A DNA stretch of 64,000 bases from a virus: positions 13,120-77,119 of the IMG/VR virus record IMGVR_UViG_3300024051_000003; one strand, given 5' to 3'. Position numbers and translations under genes: made by a program. The notes beneath the pieces are model-generated. The model saw nothing but the letters and a program-made list of their open reading frames with translations. It ran no database searches and was not told where the DNA came from. Below are positions 28,418 through 36,297 of this stretch, piece after piece (position 1 is the first letter of the stretch; each line of letters starts with the position of its first letter).

Positions 28418-29104
28418 CTAATTTTCGATGTAATGGCCGCGTGCGTATGAGGTTGCCTGCTTGACGGCTTCGATTGCTGCTTCACGGGTTTCTTTGAGCT
28501 TGGCTTCGAACGTGGCCGTGTTGATCTTTTCGATCTCTCCGCGCAAGTCTTTGAGGAGTTCTTCCGCTGCGTCGTTGGCGTATGGTGCGAGGACTTTGTT
28601 GACCATGATTTCGAGGCGGGTGCGGCGCGGGTGCCCGCTGCCGTATCCGCCGTAGTTCCGTGGTGCTTCCTTGTCTTCTACGAACGTGTTGATCCACTTC
28701 TCTGCGAGGATTTCTACGGCCTTGCCTAGTGTTTCCACCTTTTCGGGTGCAGTCGCCGTCTCGTCGTAGCGGCTTTCGTTTCGGTAGTCCTTGTCTATAA
28801 GGTCTTGTGCTTTCTGGATGATTGCCGTGTTGACGTGCGTTTCGAGGAGTTTGTCCACTCGGGCCGTGACTGCTGCTTCTATGCGGTCATTTACGAGCTG
28901 GTCAAGGTTCACCCCGGAGTATGTTCCGAATCCCCCAAGTAGGGAGATCGTTCGGGTGACCCGTTCGGCGGTTTTTTCTGCGACGATGAGGCCGAGCGTT
29001 TTGGTTTCTTCGACTTCTGTCAGTTCTCCGTACTCGTTAGTGTCTGTCGTCCATGACTTGATGGGCATGTCGAGGGTGATTGGGAGTGAGAATTGGTCCG
29101 TCAT
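28418..29104 (-). CDS. hypothetical protein (helical)
   Basis: RBS aaagga before MTDQFSLP... Confidence 0.6.
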   Translation of the reverse strand: MTDQFSLPITLDMPIKSWTTDTNEYGELTEVEETKTLGLIVAEKTAERVTRTISLLGGFGTYSGVNLDQLVNDRIEAAVTARVDKLLETHVNTAIIQKAQDLIDKDYRNESRYDETATAPEKVETLGKAVEILAEKWINTFVEDKEAPRNYGGYGSGHPRRTRLEIMVNKVLAPYANDAAEELLKDLRGEIEKINTATFEAKLKETREAAIEAVKQATSYARGHYIEN

Positions 29105-29178
29105 TGGTTGATCCTTTTCTTGTGCGGGAGGTCCCGGCGCCTTGTGACGCCGGGACCCTGGGGTGTTAGGTCGTGCGG

Positions 29179-29364
29179 TTAACCTCGGATGAGGGCCACG
29201 TCTGTTGGGTTCAGTTTTTCCTTGATTGCTTTGACCGGTTGGGATGCGCAGTTGTGGCAGATGACGAAGCGTACGTTTTCCACGTTGAGCATCCGCCATT
29301 CGGCGTCTTCCGGTGAGCCTTGGTCGTGGCACACTTGGCAAGTGTAGATGAGGTTGGACGTCAC
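29179..29364 (-). CDS. small zinc-binding protein
   Basis: CQVC...CHNC; GTGA overlap. Confidence 0.5.
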   Translation of the reverse strand: MTSNLIYTCQVCHDQGSPEDAEWRMLNVENVRFVICHNCASQPVKAIKEKLNPTDVALIRG

Positions 29365-29846
29365 TGCTCGTCCCTCCAGGGTGCCATCCAGAACTTGAAT
29401 CCGTAGTCTCTCAGTGTCCATTCGGTGCCGCAGAGCGGGCATTGCCAGATGGTTCCCTCGTGATGTTCGTCCGGGTCTGGCCGGCAGTCTTTGCAGTCAG
29501 ACCGTCGGCACGCGTCTTCTGGGGGTGGTGGCGGTGCGCTGTAGATGATTCCGCCGGACGTGAAGACCTTCCCGCCTTCCTGGGTTTTCTTGTCTTTGTT
29601 TCCCTCGGGTTTGCTCTCTTCTGGCGGTGTGACCCCCAGTGCTTCCGCGATCTTGGGGTGCAGGTGTCCGTGCTCTCCGAATAGGGTTCTTGTGCCTTCT
29701 GAACTAAACTCTCCCCCCACTGTGGATCCTTGCCACAGCCTGATGAGGTTTGCTATGCGTTGCTGCTCAGCGAGTTCGAGGGTGGCGCATGCTTGAGTGA
29801 GCAGAGCACTTTCAATGTGCCTGAAGGTTTCTCGTTTGTTGTTCAT
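29361..29846 (-). CDS. hypothetical protein (ATLELAEQQRIAN motif plus Cys cluster)
   Basis: motif shared with 50417-50734. Confidence 0.55.
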   Translation of the reverse strand: MNNKRETFRHIESALLTQACATLELAEQQRIANLIRLWQGSTVGGEFSSEGTRTLFGEHGHLHPKIAEALGVTPPEESKPEGNKDKKTQEGGKVFTSGGIIYSAPPPPPEDACRRSDCKDCRPDPDEHHEGTIWQCPLCGTEWTLRDYGFKFWMAPWRDEQ

Positions 29847-29850
29847 GCTG

Positions 29851-30072
29851 TCACCGCCCTTCTAGGGCATCCATGAGGTTGACCCACTCTTCGTCGCTCA
29901 TGACGCGCCAACCAATGTTGTCAGATATGGCGGATGCGAATGCAATGAGGCGTTTTCCGCAGACGTCGCATTTCCAGACTGTCCCTCTGGGGACTTCGTT
30001 CCTGTCGGGCACGTCTTCGCACATGACTCCCGGCTGCGTACAGATTGGGAGGTGGATGATTTTTCCGGGCAT
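29851..30072 (-). CDS. small zinc-ribbon protein
   Basis: TAATG overlap; 'GTVWKCDVCG'. Confidence 0.5.
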   Translation of the reverse strand: MPGKIIHLPICTQPGVMCEDVPDRNEVPRGTVWKCDVCGKRLIAFASAISDNIGWRVMSDEEWVNLMDALEGR

Positions 30073-30323
30073 TAGTTGTCTCCTGGGTGGCCGAGCGCGG
30101 TGAGCGCCCGTGAGATGAGGATCCACATTCCGTCCTCGTGCACGTGGTCTACGAGGGCTTCTTGATGGGTTTCTGTGCCGTTCACGATTTCGGTGAGTCG
30201 AGCCCGGTACTTGTGGGAGTGCTCTTGGCCTTTGAGTGGTTCCAGGCGCCCTATGGTGAGCTCTCCGGTTCGCGCTAGGCCACCGCTGGTGGTTGTGATG
30301 TTCACCGAGATGACGAGCGCCAT
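30072..30323 (-). CDS. hypothetical protein
   Basis: TAATG-coupled ORF. Confidence 0.55.
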   Translation of the reverse strand: MALVISVNITTTSGGLARTGELTIGRLEPLKGQEHSHKYRARLTEIVNGTETHQEALVDHVHEDGMWILISRALTALGHPGDN

Positions 30324-30595
30324 TAGAACTCCTCTTGGAAGCGCTCGGCAGGCTTCCGTAGGTCGTCACTTTCGGGGAACATGACGTCCGTTGCGGGGGC
30401 GATGGTGAACTCTGATATGCCCCGGCCTGATTCGTGCGAGGAGCATGGGTTCAGGGAGACCTCTCCGTACTGGTGGGAGATTTGCCGCAGCTCCCCTTGG
30501 ATTCGCATGAGTACACCACTGCGGTCTTCGGTGGTGAACTCCACGAGGGCCCCGATGTGACCGTAGTTCAGTTGTGCTGCGTTGGTTTTGTTCAT
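30323..30595 (-). CDS. hypothetical protein
   Basis: ATGA-coupled ORF. Confidence 0.55.
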   Translation of the reverse strand: MNKTNAAQLNYGHIGALVEFTTEDRSGVLMRIQGELRQISHQYGEVSLNPCSSHESGRGISEFTIAPATDVMFPESDDLRKPAERFQEEF

Positions 30596-30750
30596 GATTC
30601 TTCCGCTTTCTTCTCGTGTTCGTATGCTGCCATTTCAGCGGATCCATCTTGGATTCTCCAGAAGTCCTCCCAACCGCAGGAGCATGTTGCGAGGGCGCCA
30701 AAGGCGTCTTCCATTTGCTCTGCTCGGGTGGTTGTTTTGTGTTCTTTCAT
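30592..30750 (-). CDS. small hypothetical protein
   Basis: RBS gaggag; MKEHKTTT...CSCGW. Confidence 0.5.
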   Translation of the reverse strand: MKEHKTTTRAEQMEDAFGALATCSCGWEDFWRIQDGSAEMAAYEHEKKAEES

Positions 30751-31139
30751 GACTCTCCTCGGCGGGCCCGTAGGGCCTGCAGGTGCTCTTGGAAGTTTGC
30801 TTCCAGCTCTTCCATGGTGCGCCGTTCCCTTACCATGTCCCAGTGGGTTTTGAGGTCGCGGAGTTTCTTGTCCTGCTCCGCCTCCACCGAGTCTTGCTCG
30901 AACTCTGGGTCGAGGGGTGATGAGGTGAAGCAGTTGGGGCATTCTGTTGTTTGTGGGATAGCGTGGGCTATCCATGCTTCTTCAGCGTATTCCGCGTAGA
31001 AGTCACCGTCATTTGGGCAGGTGTAGATTGCGATGCGCCGTTCAGCTGGTGTGGCAGAGTATTCTGTTTCGTCTGCGTTGGGGAGGAATCCGCCTCCGAG
31101 GTTGTAGCCGATGACTCTTGACGTGCGGTTGGTTGCCAT
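30747..31139 (-). CDS. rbpA: RNA polymerase-binding protein RbpA homolog
   Basis: C-terminal 'KTHWDMVRERRTMEELEANFQEHLQALRARR' matches the RbpA sigma-interaction domain (RTHWDMLLERRSIEELEELL.ERL..R.RR); core 'IYTCPN...F...IPQTTECPNC'; basic linker. Confidence 0.85.
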   Translation of the reverse strand: MATNRTSRVIGYNLGGGFLPNADETEYSATPAERRIAIYTCPNDGDFYAEYAEEAWIAHAIPQTTECPNCFTSSPLDPEFEQDSVEAEQDKKLRDLKTHWDMVRERRTMEELEANFQEHLQALRARRGES

Positions 31140-31278
31140 TTTTGGCCCTTCTTTAGTGTGATGTCCACGGGGTTTTTGATTGCTCGTGCTGGGATGATAA
31201 TGCGTGTCCCGAGGGGGATTTCTTTCATGGTGTCTACGGGGCGCCCGGGGATTGGTTTGCTGGCGCCGTATTTGTACC

Positions 31279-32313
31279 TCATACTGCCTCCGTGAGTGCT
31301 TCTACGCGCTCTTGCCCGGCGAGGGTGAGTGTGCGCCCTTGTGGGGTTAACGCGATGAATCCCTTGTTGAGGAGGAGCTTTTCTGTGTGGCGTGGAGTGG
31401 TGGTCTCTCCGAGCACTGCCGCGATGGCTTTTTCTCCGGCAGGTTTACCTTCGAATGAGGTTGCTAGTGACAGTAGGTAGCGTTTCGCGAGGTCATCGAG
31501 GCCGTCTGGGGTGAGGTCCATGAAGTCGCACACTTCATCGAGGTCGTAGTTCCCGTTTGGGTCGTGTGGGATGACCTGGGCGAGTAGGAGGTCTCGTAGG
31601 TTGCGTAGCACTTGCCCGATTGCTCGGGGGTTGCTGTTGGACATGACTGCGATGCGTTCGAGTGCAGCATCGGACGGGGTTGCGAGCTGGTGCTTCCCGA
31701 GGGTTCCTGCTGCGGTACGTCGTGCGATCTCCATGGCTTCAGTGTTGGAGTATTCGTCCATGGGTGGGCGTAGCGGGAAGCGTGATGTGATGGTCTCAGG
31801 GAGTTTCTGGACGTCTGTGGTGGCGCCGATGATGGTGACGTTGGGCAGGACGGTTGTTCCGGCTGCTCCGATGATCACGCCGTCTTGCAGGTAGGATAGG
31901 AGCCATTCTGCCTTGGTCTTGCCGCCAGAAATTGCCTGGTGGCATTCGTCCCAAAATAGGACGTCACCATCTTCCATGGTTTTGAGGATGCGGATCGCTT
32001 GTGCCTCGTCAATGGCACCTTGGACTTCTACCAGTCCGGCGTTCATTTCTTTCGCGATGAGGCGCACGATGGCTGTTTTGCCGATGCCGTGGCCTCCTGC
32101 TGCGATGAGCATGTGGTCGAGGCGTTCGTTGCGGGCTCGTGCGGATGCTGCTGCGATCTTGACGAGTCGGACGGCTTTGGTTTGGCCGACGTAGTTGTCC
32201 CATGTGCGTGGGTATGAGGTGCCTTCGAAGAGGGCGGGGCCGCGTAGGACGGTGGTTCCTGAGAGTCGTTGTGCGGCGCGGTAGATGAGTCGTTGTGTTT
32301 GTAGGCTTGTCAT
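31279..32313 (-). CDS. ruvB: RuvB-like Holliday junction branch-migration ATPase
   Basis: 'PRTWDNYVGQ', 'LDHMLI..G.GIGKT', 'GDVLFWDECH', 'IGATT', 'SRF', 'NPR', 'DGLD', 'TPQGRTLT', all collinear with RuvB. Confidence 0.88.
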   Translation of the reverse strand: MTSLQTQRLIYRAAQRLSGTTVLRGPALFEGTSYPRTWDNYVGQTKAVRLVKIAAASARARNERLDHMLIAAGGHGIGKTAIVRLIAKEMNAGLVEVQGAIDEAQAIRILKTMEDGDVLFWDECHQAISGGKTKAEWLLSYLQDGVIIGAAGTTVLPNVTIIGATTDVQKLPETITSRFPLRPPMDEYSNTEAMEIARRTAAGTLGKHQLATPSDAALERIAVMSNSNPRAIGQVLRNLRDLLLAQVIPHDPNGNYDLDEVCDFMDLTPDGLDDLAKRYLLSLATSFEGKPAGEKAIAAVLGETTTPRHTEKLLLNKGFIALTPQGRTLTLAGQERVEALTEAV

Positions 32314-33224
32314 TTGTTGTCCTTCAGTGCGGCTCGCACGGATGCTTCTGCGTGGTCGAGCCATGGTCGTGGGGTGGTCTTGTTGATTGCTTGGTCCAGC
32401 TCGTTGTGGATTGCGGTGAGCTTGAGCCATTGTTTGGCTACTGGCCTAGATGTTTTGCGTTCTGCTTCTTTTGCGAGTAGTCGTTCGGCGATGGTGAGCG
32501 GGCCGAGGATGGTTCGTTCTATGACTTCTGTAGCATTGTCGAGGTCGTAGAGGAACAGTTCCACCCCTCTCTCTTTTAAGGGCTCCACGGCGGCCTCTAG
32601 GGCCTTTTGTGAGGACAGCGGGGCTATGCGCGGCAGGGTAGCCGCAGCGGACGGTACGACACCCATCGTTGTCATGATCTTGGTCAGGTAGGCGCGGCGC
32701 TGCGTGTCACTAAGAACACCACTGCGGCTCTCTTCGTATCGTTCAGCGATCTCTGCAATGTAGTTGGATATGAGTTCCCATTCTTGGATGTGAATGTGCG
32801 GGAGTGTCTTGGGGTCTTGTACGAACGTTCGAATACGAGCGCTGTCTAGATCCTTGCGAATGACGTCGCCCTTCTGTTTGCGGATGGGCTTATGCAGGAC
32901 GACCTTGCCGACAACGTTGCTGGTTACTTTGTCTTCTCGTGAAGCCCGTGGTGTGGCTTCACGGATGATGGCGAACGTTACGGTGTGCTTTGCCGCCTGA
33001 TTGATGCGGCGCGCCTTGATTTCCACGTCGTGCGTGTCAGCGACCTGCCATTTAGAGTGGGCCTTCACCCGCTTAATGACGCCAGCAAACATGACCTCTA
33101 GGCTGATCTGCCGGGCCCGCAGGATGAGGAGCGGGTCAATATTGAGGTCTTCGACGATCTCTCGAATGTCATCTTCTGAGAGGTCTTGCGTGGGGTTGAT
33201 GTACACCCCGAGCGCTTGAGCCAT
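32310..33224 (-). CDS. hypothetical protein, third gene of the MoxR-vWA cluster
   Basis: 304 aa, RBS ggagg, coupled to ruvB by ATGA. Confidence 0.6.
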   Translation of the reverse strand: MAQALGVYINPTQDLSEDDIREIVEDLNIDPLLILRARQISLEVMFAGVIKRVKAHSKWQVADTHDVEIKARRINQAAKHTVTFAIIREATPRASREDKVTSNVVGKVVLHKPIRKQKGDVIRKDLDSARIRTFVQDPKTLPHIHIQEWELISNYIAEIAERYEESRSGVLSDTQRRAYLTKIMTTMGVVPSAAATLPRIAPLSSQKALEAAVEPLKERGVELFLYDLDNATEVIERTILGPLTIAERLLAKEAERKTSRPVAKQWLKLTAIHNELDQAINKTTPRPWLDHAEASVRAALKDNK

Positions 33225-33232
33225 GATGCCTC

Positions 33233-34336
33233 CTAGTAGTAGACGGTGGAGTCTGCGAGCTGGTTGATGTTGGTTGATGAGTGGGCCGACCGTTCAGGCA
33301 TGGCTGCTGTGACGGGGGTGTGTAGGCGCATCGCTGACCATGTGGCGTCGTTGTAGTCGTAGATGGTTTCATCTCCGAAGAGAACTACATGGTCTTTCTC
33401 GGTGGCGAGTGTTGCGGCGACGTCTAATGCTTTTTGGATTTCACTGGTTCCTCGGTGGCGTCGGGTTGTGAACTTGATGAGGTTCTCTGGGTGGCCAAGG
33501 TCGAATATTTCCGTGTGGTTCCCGGCGAACGTTATGACCCGGCAGGATTGTTTGCGCGCCTTGGCTACCTCGTTGAGCGCGAGGATGACCCCTTTGGCTT
33601 GAACGACTTTCTCGTCTGTCATGGATGATGATTCGTCAAGGATGACCATGAATCCACCCTGCTCGTCCATCTTCTTGCCGGTGGCCCGGTAGTTCTCGAT
33701 GCGGGATTCGCTGTATCGCTTCCAGAACGTTGGGTCAATGGCTGGTGAGGCCATTTTGATGAGTTCGCTTACTGGCATGTGGATGAGGTCGTTGCCTTCG
33801 GCCAGGTAGGTGCGCTCCTGCTTGTGTGCGACTTCGCGTGCCGCCTTGATTAACTGCGGAGCTTTCAAACTGTTTGCTAACTGGATGGCGCTCTTTGATG
33901 TAGAGATGCGCAGCATCAATTTCATGGATTCTTCGTCGTCAAGTTGGTCGAGCCACCATGACAGTCCCAGAGATGAGATGATCTTGGATGCTGTGACGAG
34001 TGTTGTGGCTGTCGCATGCAGTGCGTCCGAGGTGACTTTCTCATCTATTTGAAATGTGTTTGATTCGTTACCGAATCGCGCCATGAACACGTTTGTTGCG
34101 TGTAGTGAGTAGGGGCGGTGTAGTTCGGTGAGTTTCTTGATGAGCCCGAAATGTTCATGTTCCAACAGTCCGGCGATGATGTGCCGGTATTCGAGGGCTT
34201 CAGGGGTGACGACATCGGTGAACTCTGGGTTGATCGTGTAGAACACTGCGAACACGTCACGATGGAATGGCGTCCAGTTGTAACCCTCTGGGTCTGGGTT
34301 GAGGTGTTGGGTTTGTTTAATGTTGAAAGCGTCCAT
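33233..34336 (-). CDS. von Willebrand factor A (MIDAS) domain protein, ViaA-like
   Basis: 'MVILDESSSM' (DxSxS), 'RGTS', 'VLFGD'; adjacent to the MoxR ATPase. Confidence 0.8.
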   Translation of the reverse strand: MDAFNIKQTQHLNPDPEGYNWTPFHRDVFAVFYTINPEFTDVVTPEALEYRHIIAGLLEHEHFGLIKKLTELHRPYSLHATNVFMARFGNESNTFQIDEKVTSDALHATATTLVTASKIISSLGLSWWLDQLDDEESMKLMLRISTSKSAIQLANSLKAPQLIKAAREVAHKQERTYLAEGNDLIHMPVSELIKMASPAIDPTFWKRYSESRIENYRATGKKMDEQGGFMVILDESSSMTDEKVVQAKGVILALNEVAKARKQSCRVITFAGNHTEIFDLGHPENLIKFTTRRHRGTSEIQKALDVAATLATEKDHVVLFGDETIYDYNDATWSAMRLHTPVTAAMPERSAHSSTNINQLADSTVYY

Positions 34337-34344
34337 GATGCTCC

Positions 34345-35283
34345 TTAGAGAAGTGGGTGCCGAACAGGGTTCTCTATCTGGGAGATAGCCTGCTTGACTC
34401 GGTCCTGTATGGATCCGGTGAGCGGATTATGCTTTGGTGCATTAAGCGCCGCTTCCGCGATCACTCGTGCAACATCCTGTCCGTCACTTGCAGGCTCCCA
34501 CATGGTGTACATGAGTGCTGCAAGATGGTTGGCGGTGATCATTCGGTCTCCGTCGAGCCATGCTTTTGCTTGGAGTACGGGGATGGTGTGCATCCAGCGT
34601 CGGTCGCTACGCCCCGGGAGGTCTTTACGAAGCTCATCTAGTGTAATGAGCACAGCATCTGTGACAGTGACGGCAGAGGCCCCTTCTCGGGCCGCTATGA
34701 CGTCCTGGGGAGACACGGGGGCTACCGTGGTGTCATCGGCTTGCCAGATGGCTAGCAGGCTCTCTACGGGCTTTACGTGAACTCTGAGCAGGAGGCGATC
34801 CCATAGCGCTGCGGAGTCCTCTGACGCGAGCGGCTCATTTGATGTACACACTGCCATCTCCAACGGGATGGGATGCTCGCTGCGACCGTCATTTACCTCG
34901 ATCTTCAGTCGCTCATTCAGTGCGGCCAGCAGATCGTGGCCCACGGCAGGGTTGATCTTGCCAATCTCGTCCAGCATGACCCAGTTCGCTGTCGTGAGGT
35001 AGCCGTCATCCCTGCGTAGAAATTTGGACCGCTGGAGCTCCTCGATGTCATACGGGCCAAGGATGGCTTCTGGTGGGCGAGTGGTGGACAGTGCAGCCGT
35101 GAACGTTCGGCCCGGGAGGGCTTCCAGTGCTGTGCGTGCAAGACTGGATTTCGCCGTCCCGGGAACCCCGTGCAGGTAGACATGCTGGCGGGTGATGACG
35201 CCGAGAATGATTGCTTCGATGGCGTCGCGTCGTTGTGGATATTTTCGGTTGAGTTGATCTTGCAGTGTTCGTAGCGCATTCAC
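34345..35283 (-). CDS. MoxR-family AAA+ ATPase (RavA-like)
   Basis: 'LHGVPGTAKS', 'PPEAILGP', 'MLDEIGK...LLAALNER', 'TSNE', 'ALWDRLLLR'. Confidence 0.88.
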   Translation of the reverse strand: MNALRTLQDQLNRKYPQRRDAIEAIILGVITRQHVYLHGVPGTAKSSLARTALEALPGRTFTAALSTTRPPEAILGPYDIEELQRSKFLRRDDGYLTTANWVMLDEIGKINPAVGHDLLAALNERLKIEVNDGRSEHPIPLEMAVCTSNEPLASEDSAALWDRLLLRVHVKPVESLLAIWQADDTTVAPVSPQDVIAAREGASAVTVTDAVLITLDELRKDLPGRSDRRWMHTIPVLQAKAWLDGDRMITANHLAALMYTMWEPASDGQDVARVIAEAALNAPKHNPLTGSIQDRVKQAISQIENPVRHPLL

Positions 35284-35298
35284 GATTACCCCTAGGCC

Positions 35299-36162
35299 TT
35301 AGGTGTGGTTCCTTCTTCTGATCTGGCTTACGGTTGCTGCGGTGATGGGAATGTCATGACGAACACCCTTGTAGCCGCCGAACTCCATGCGTCCATCTGC
35401 GGAGGGGAAATGCTCCACTTCGACGATGACCACCCGAGTGGCTCGCAGATGCTCCACGAGCGCCCTGCCTTCAGCGACAGTCCATCCTGCCGCCAATTTC
35501 CCGATAGGCCGGATCTCGCTCTGGGAGAGCAGGCCGAGGGATAGGGTGCGTAGGTCCCCGTCCTTCTCGGTAAAGCCGGTGACGATGGCTGAGATTGTTT
35601 CCGTGAACTTGAACTTCAGCCAATACTTGGATCGCTGACCGAACTGGTAAGGCGATTGCAGATGCTTTACAACGATGCCCTCCATGCCCTTAGCGCGGGC
35701 GGCCTGCCGGGCTTTCTCCAGGTCTGAGTAGGAGTGCAAGGGGCGGATGTACGTGTCCCTCCCGAGCTTGCGTAGAGCCTGTAGGCGGATACCTAGCGCG
35801 TTGTTCATTGAGGGGATGTCGAACGGGTAGAACCGGACGACTCTCTGCGGAACTTCGCGGGACATGATGACTTGGGATACCGAGTCCGGGTTCATGTCGT
35901 CTGTCATGAGCTCGCCGTCGAGGATGATCTTCGTAGGAAGGCGCCTGCGGGCCTCTTCAACGATCTTTGGGACACGGCTGGTGATGTCTGTACCGTTGCG
36001 GCTGTACACGGCCACTTGGGCCCTGTTCTTGTGCAGCATGGCACGATGTCCATCCAACTTGAATTGGGCGATATAGGCGCCGCCATTTAGTTGAGCGAGG
36101 CTGTACTGAAATGTTCGCCCAGCGCCGGACGTTGCCGAAGCGAGCATGGGTAGATAGTTCAT
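35299..36162 (-). CDS. minimal ATP-dependent DNA ligase
   Basis: motif I KLDGHR, III LDGEL, IIIa FYPFDI, IV EGIVVK, V WLKFK, OB-fold C-terminus. Confidence 0.92.
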   Translation of the reverse strand: MNYLPMLASATSGAGRTFQYSLAQLNGGAYIAQFKLDGHRAMLHKNRAQVAVYSRNGTDITSRVPKIVEEARRRLPTKIILDGELMTDDMNPDSVSQVIMSREVPQRVVRFYPFDIPSMNNALGIRLQALRKLGRDTYIRPLHSYSDLEKARQAARAKGMEGIVVKHLQSPYQFGQRSKYWLKFKFTETISAIVTGFTEKDGDLRTLSLGLLSQSEIRPIGKLAAGWTVAEGRALVEHLRATRVVIVEVEHFPSADGRMEFGGYKGVRHDIPITAATVSQIRRRNHT

Positions 36163-36186
36163 GGTTTTTCCTTTACAGAGGACGAG

Positions 36187-36248
36187 TGGACACTCAAAGA
36201 ATTGAACTCTGACATCAGCGGGGCGGGGCTGACGCTACCAAGGTGCCC
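36187..36248 (-). ncRNA. tRNA-like element 1 (62 nt; no D-stem; G3:U70 and A73)
   Basis: GGGCACC-TTGGTAG-CGTCAGC[CCCGCCCC]GCTGATG-T-CAGAG[TTCAATT]CTTTG-AGTGTCC-A. Confidence 0.6.
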
Positions 36249-36251
36249 TAA

Positions 36252-36289
36252 CCGCTGTGGTAAGCGACAGCACTCGCCTACCACAGCGG
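36252..36289. other. long hairpin immediately 5' of tRNA-like element 1
   Basis: ccgctgtggtaagcga/tcgcctaccacagcgg. Confidence 0.6.
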
Positions 36290-36297
36290 GGTCTTAA

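Noticed and set aside
29121-29160. Fourth mini-tRNA element in the 29104-29179 gap
   Set aside because: Strong hairpin (ggtcccggcg/cgccgggacc) but no TTCRA T-loop or acceptor-stem geometry
30968-31282. Independent 104-aa gene between ruvB and rbpA
   Set aside because: Overlaps rbpA by about 170 nt in another frame and has no recognisable motif; a short real peptide cannot be excluded
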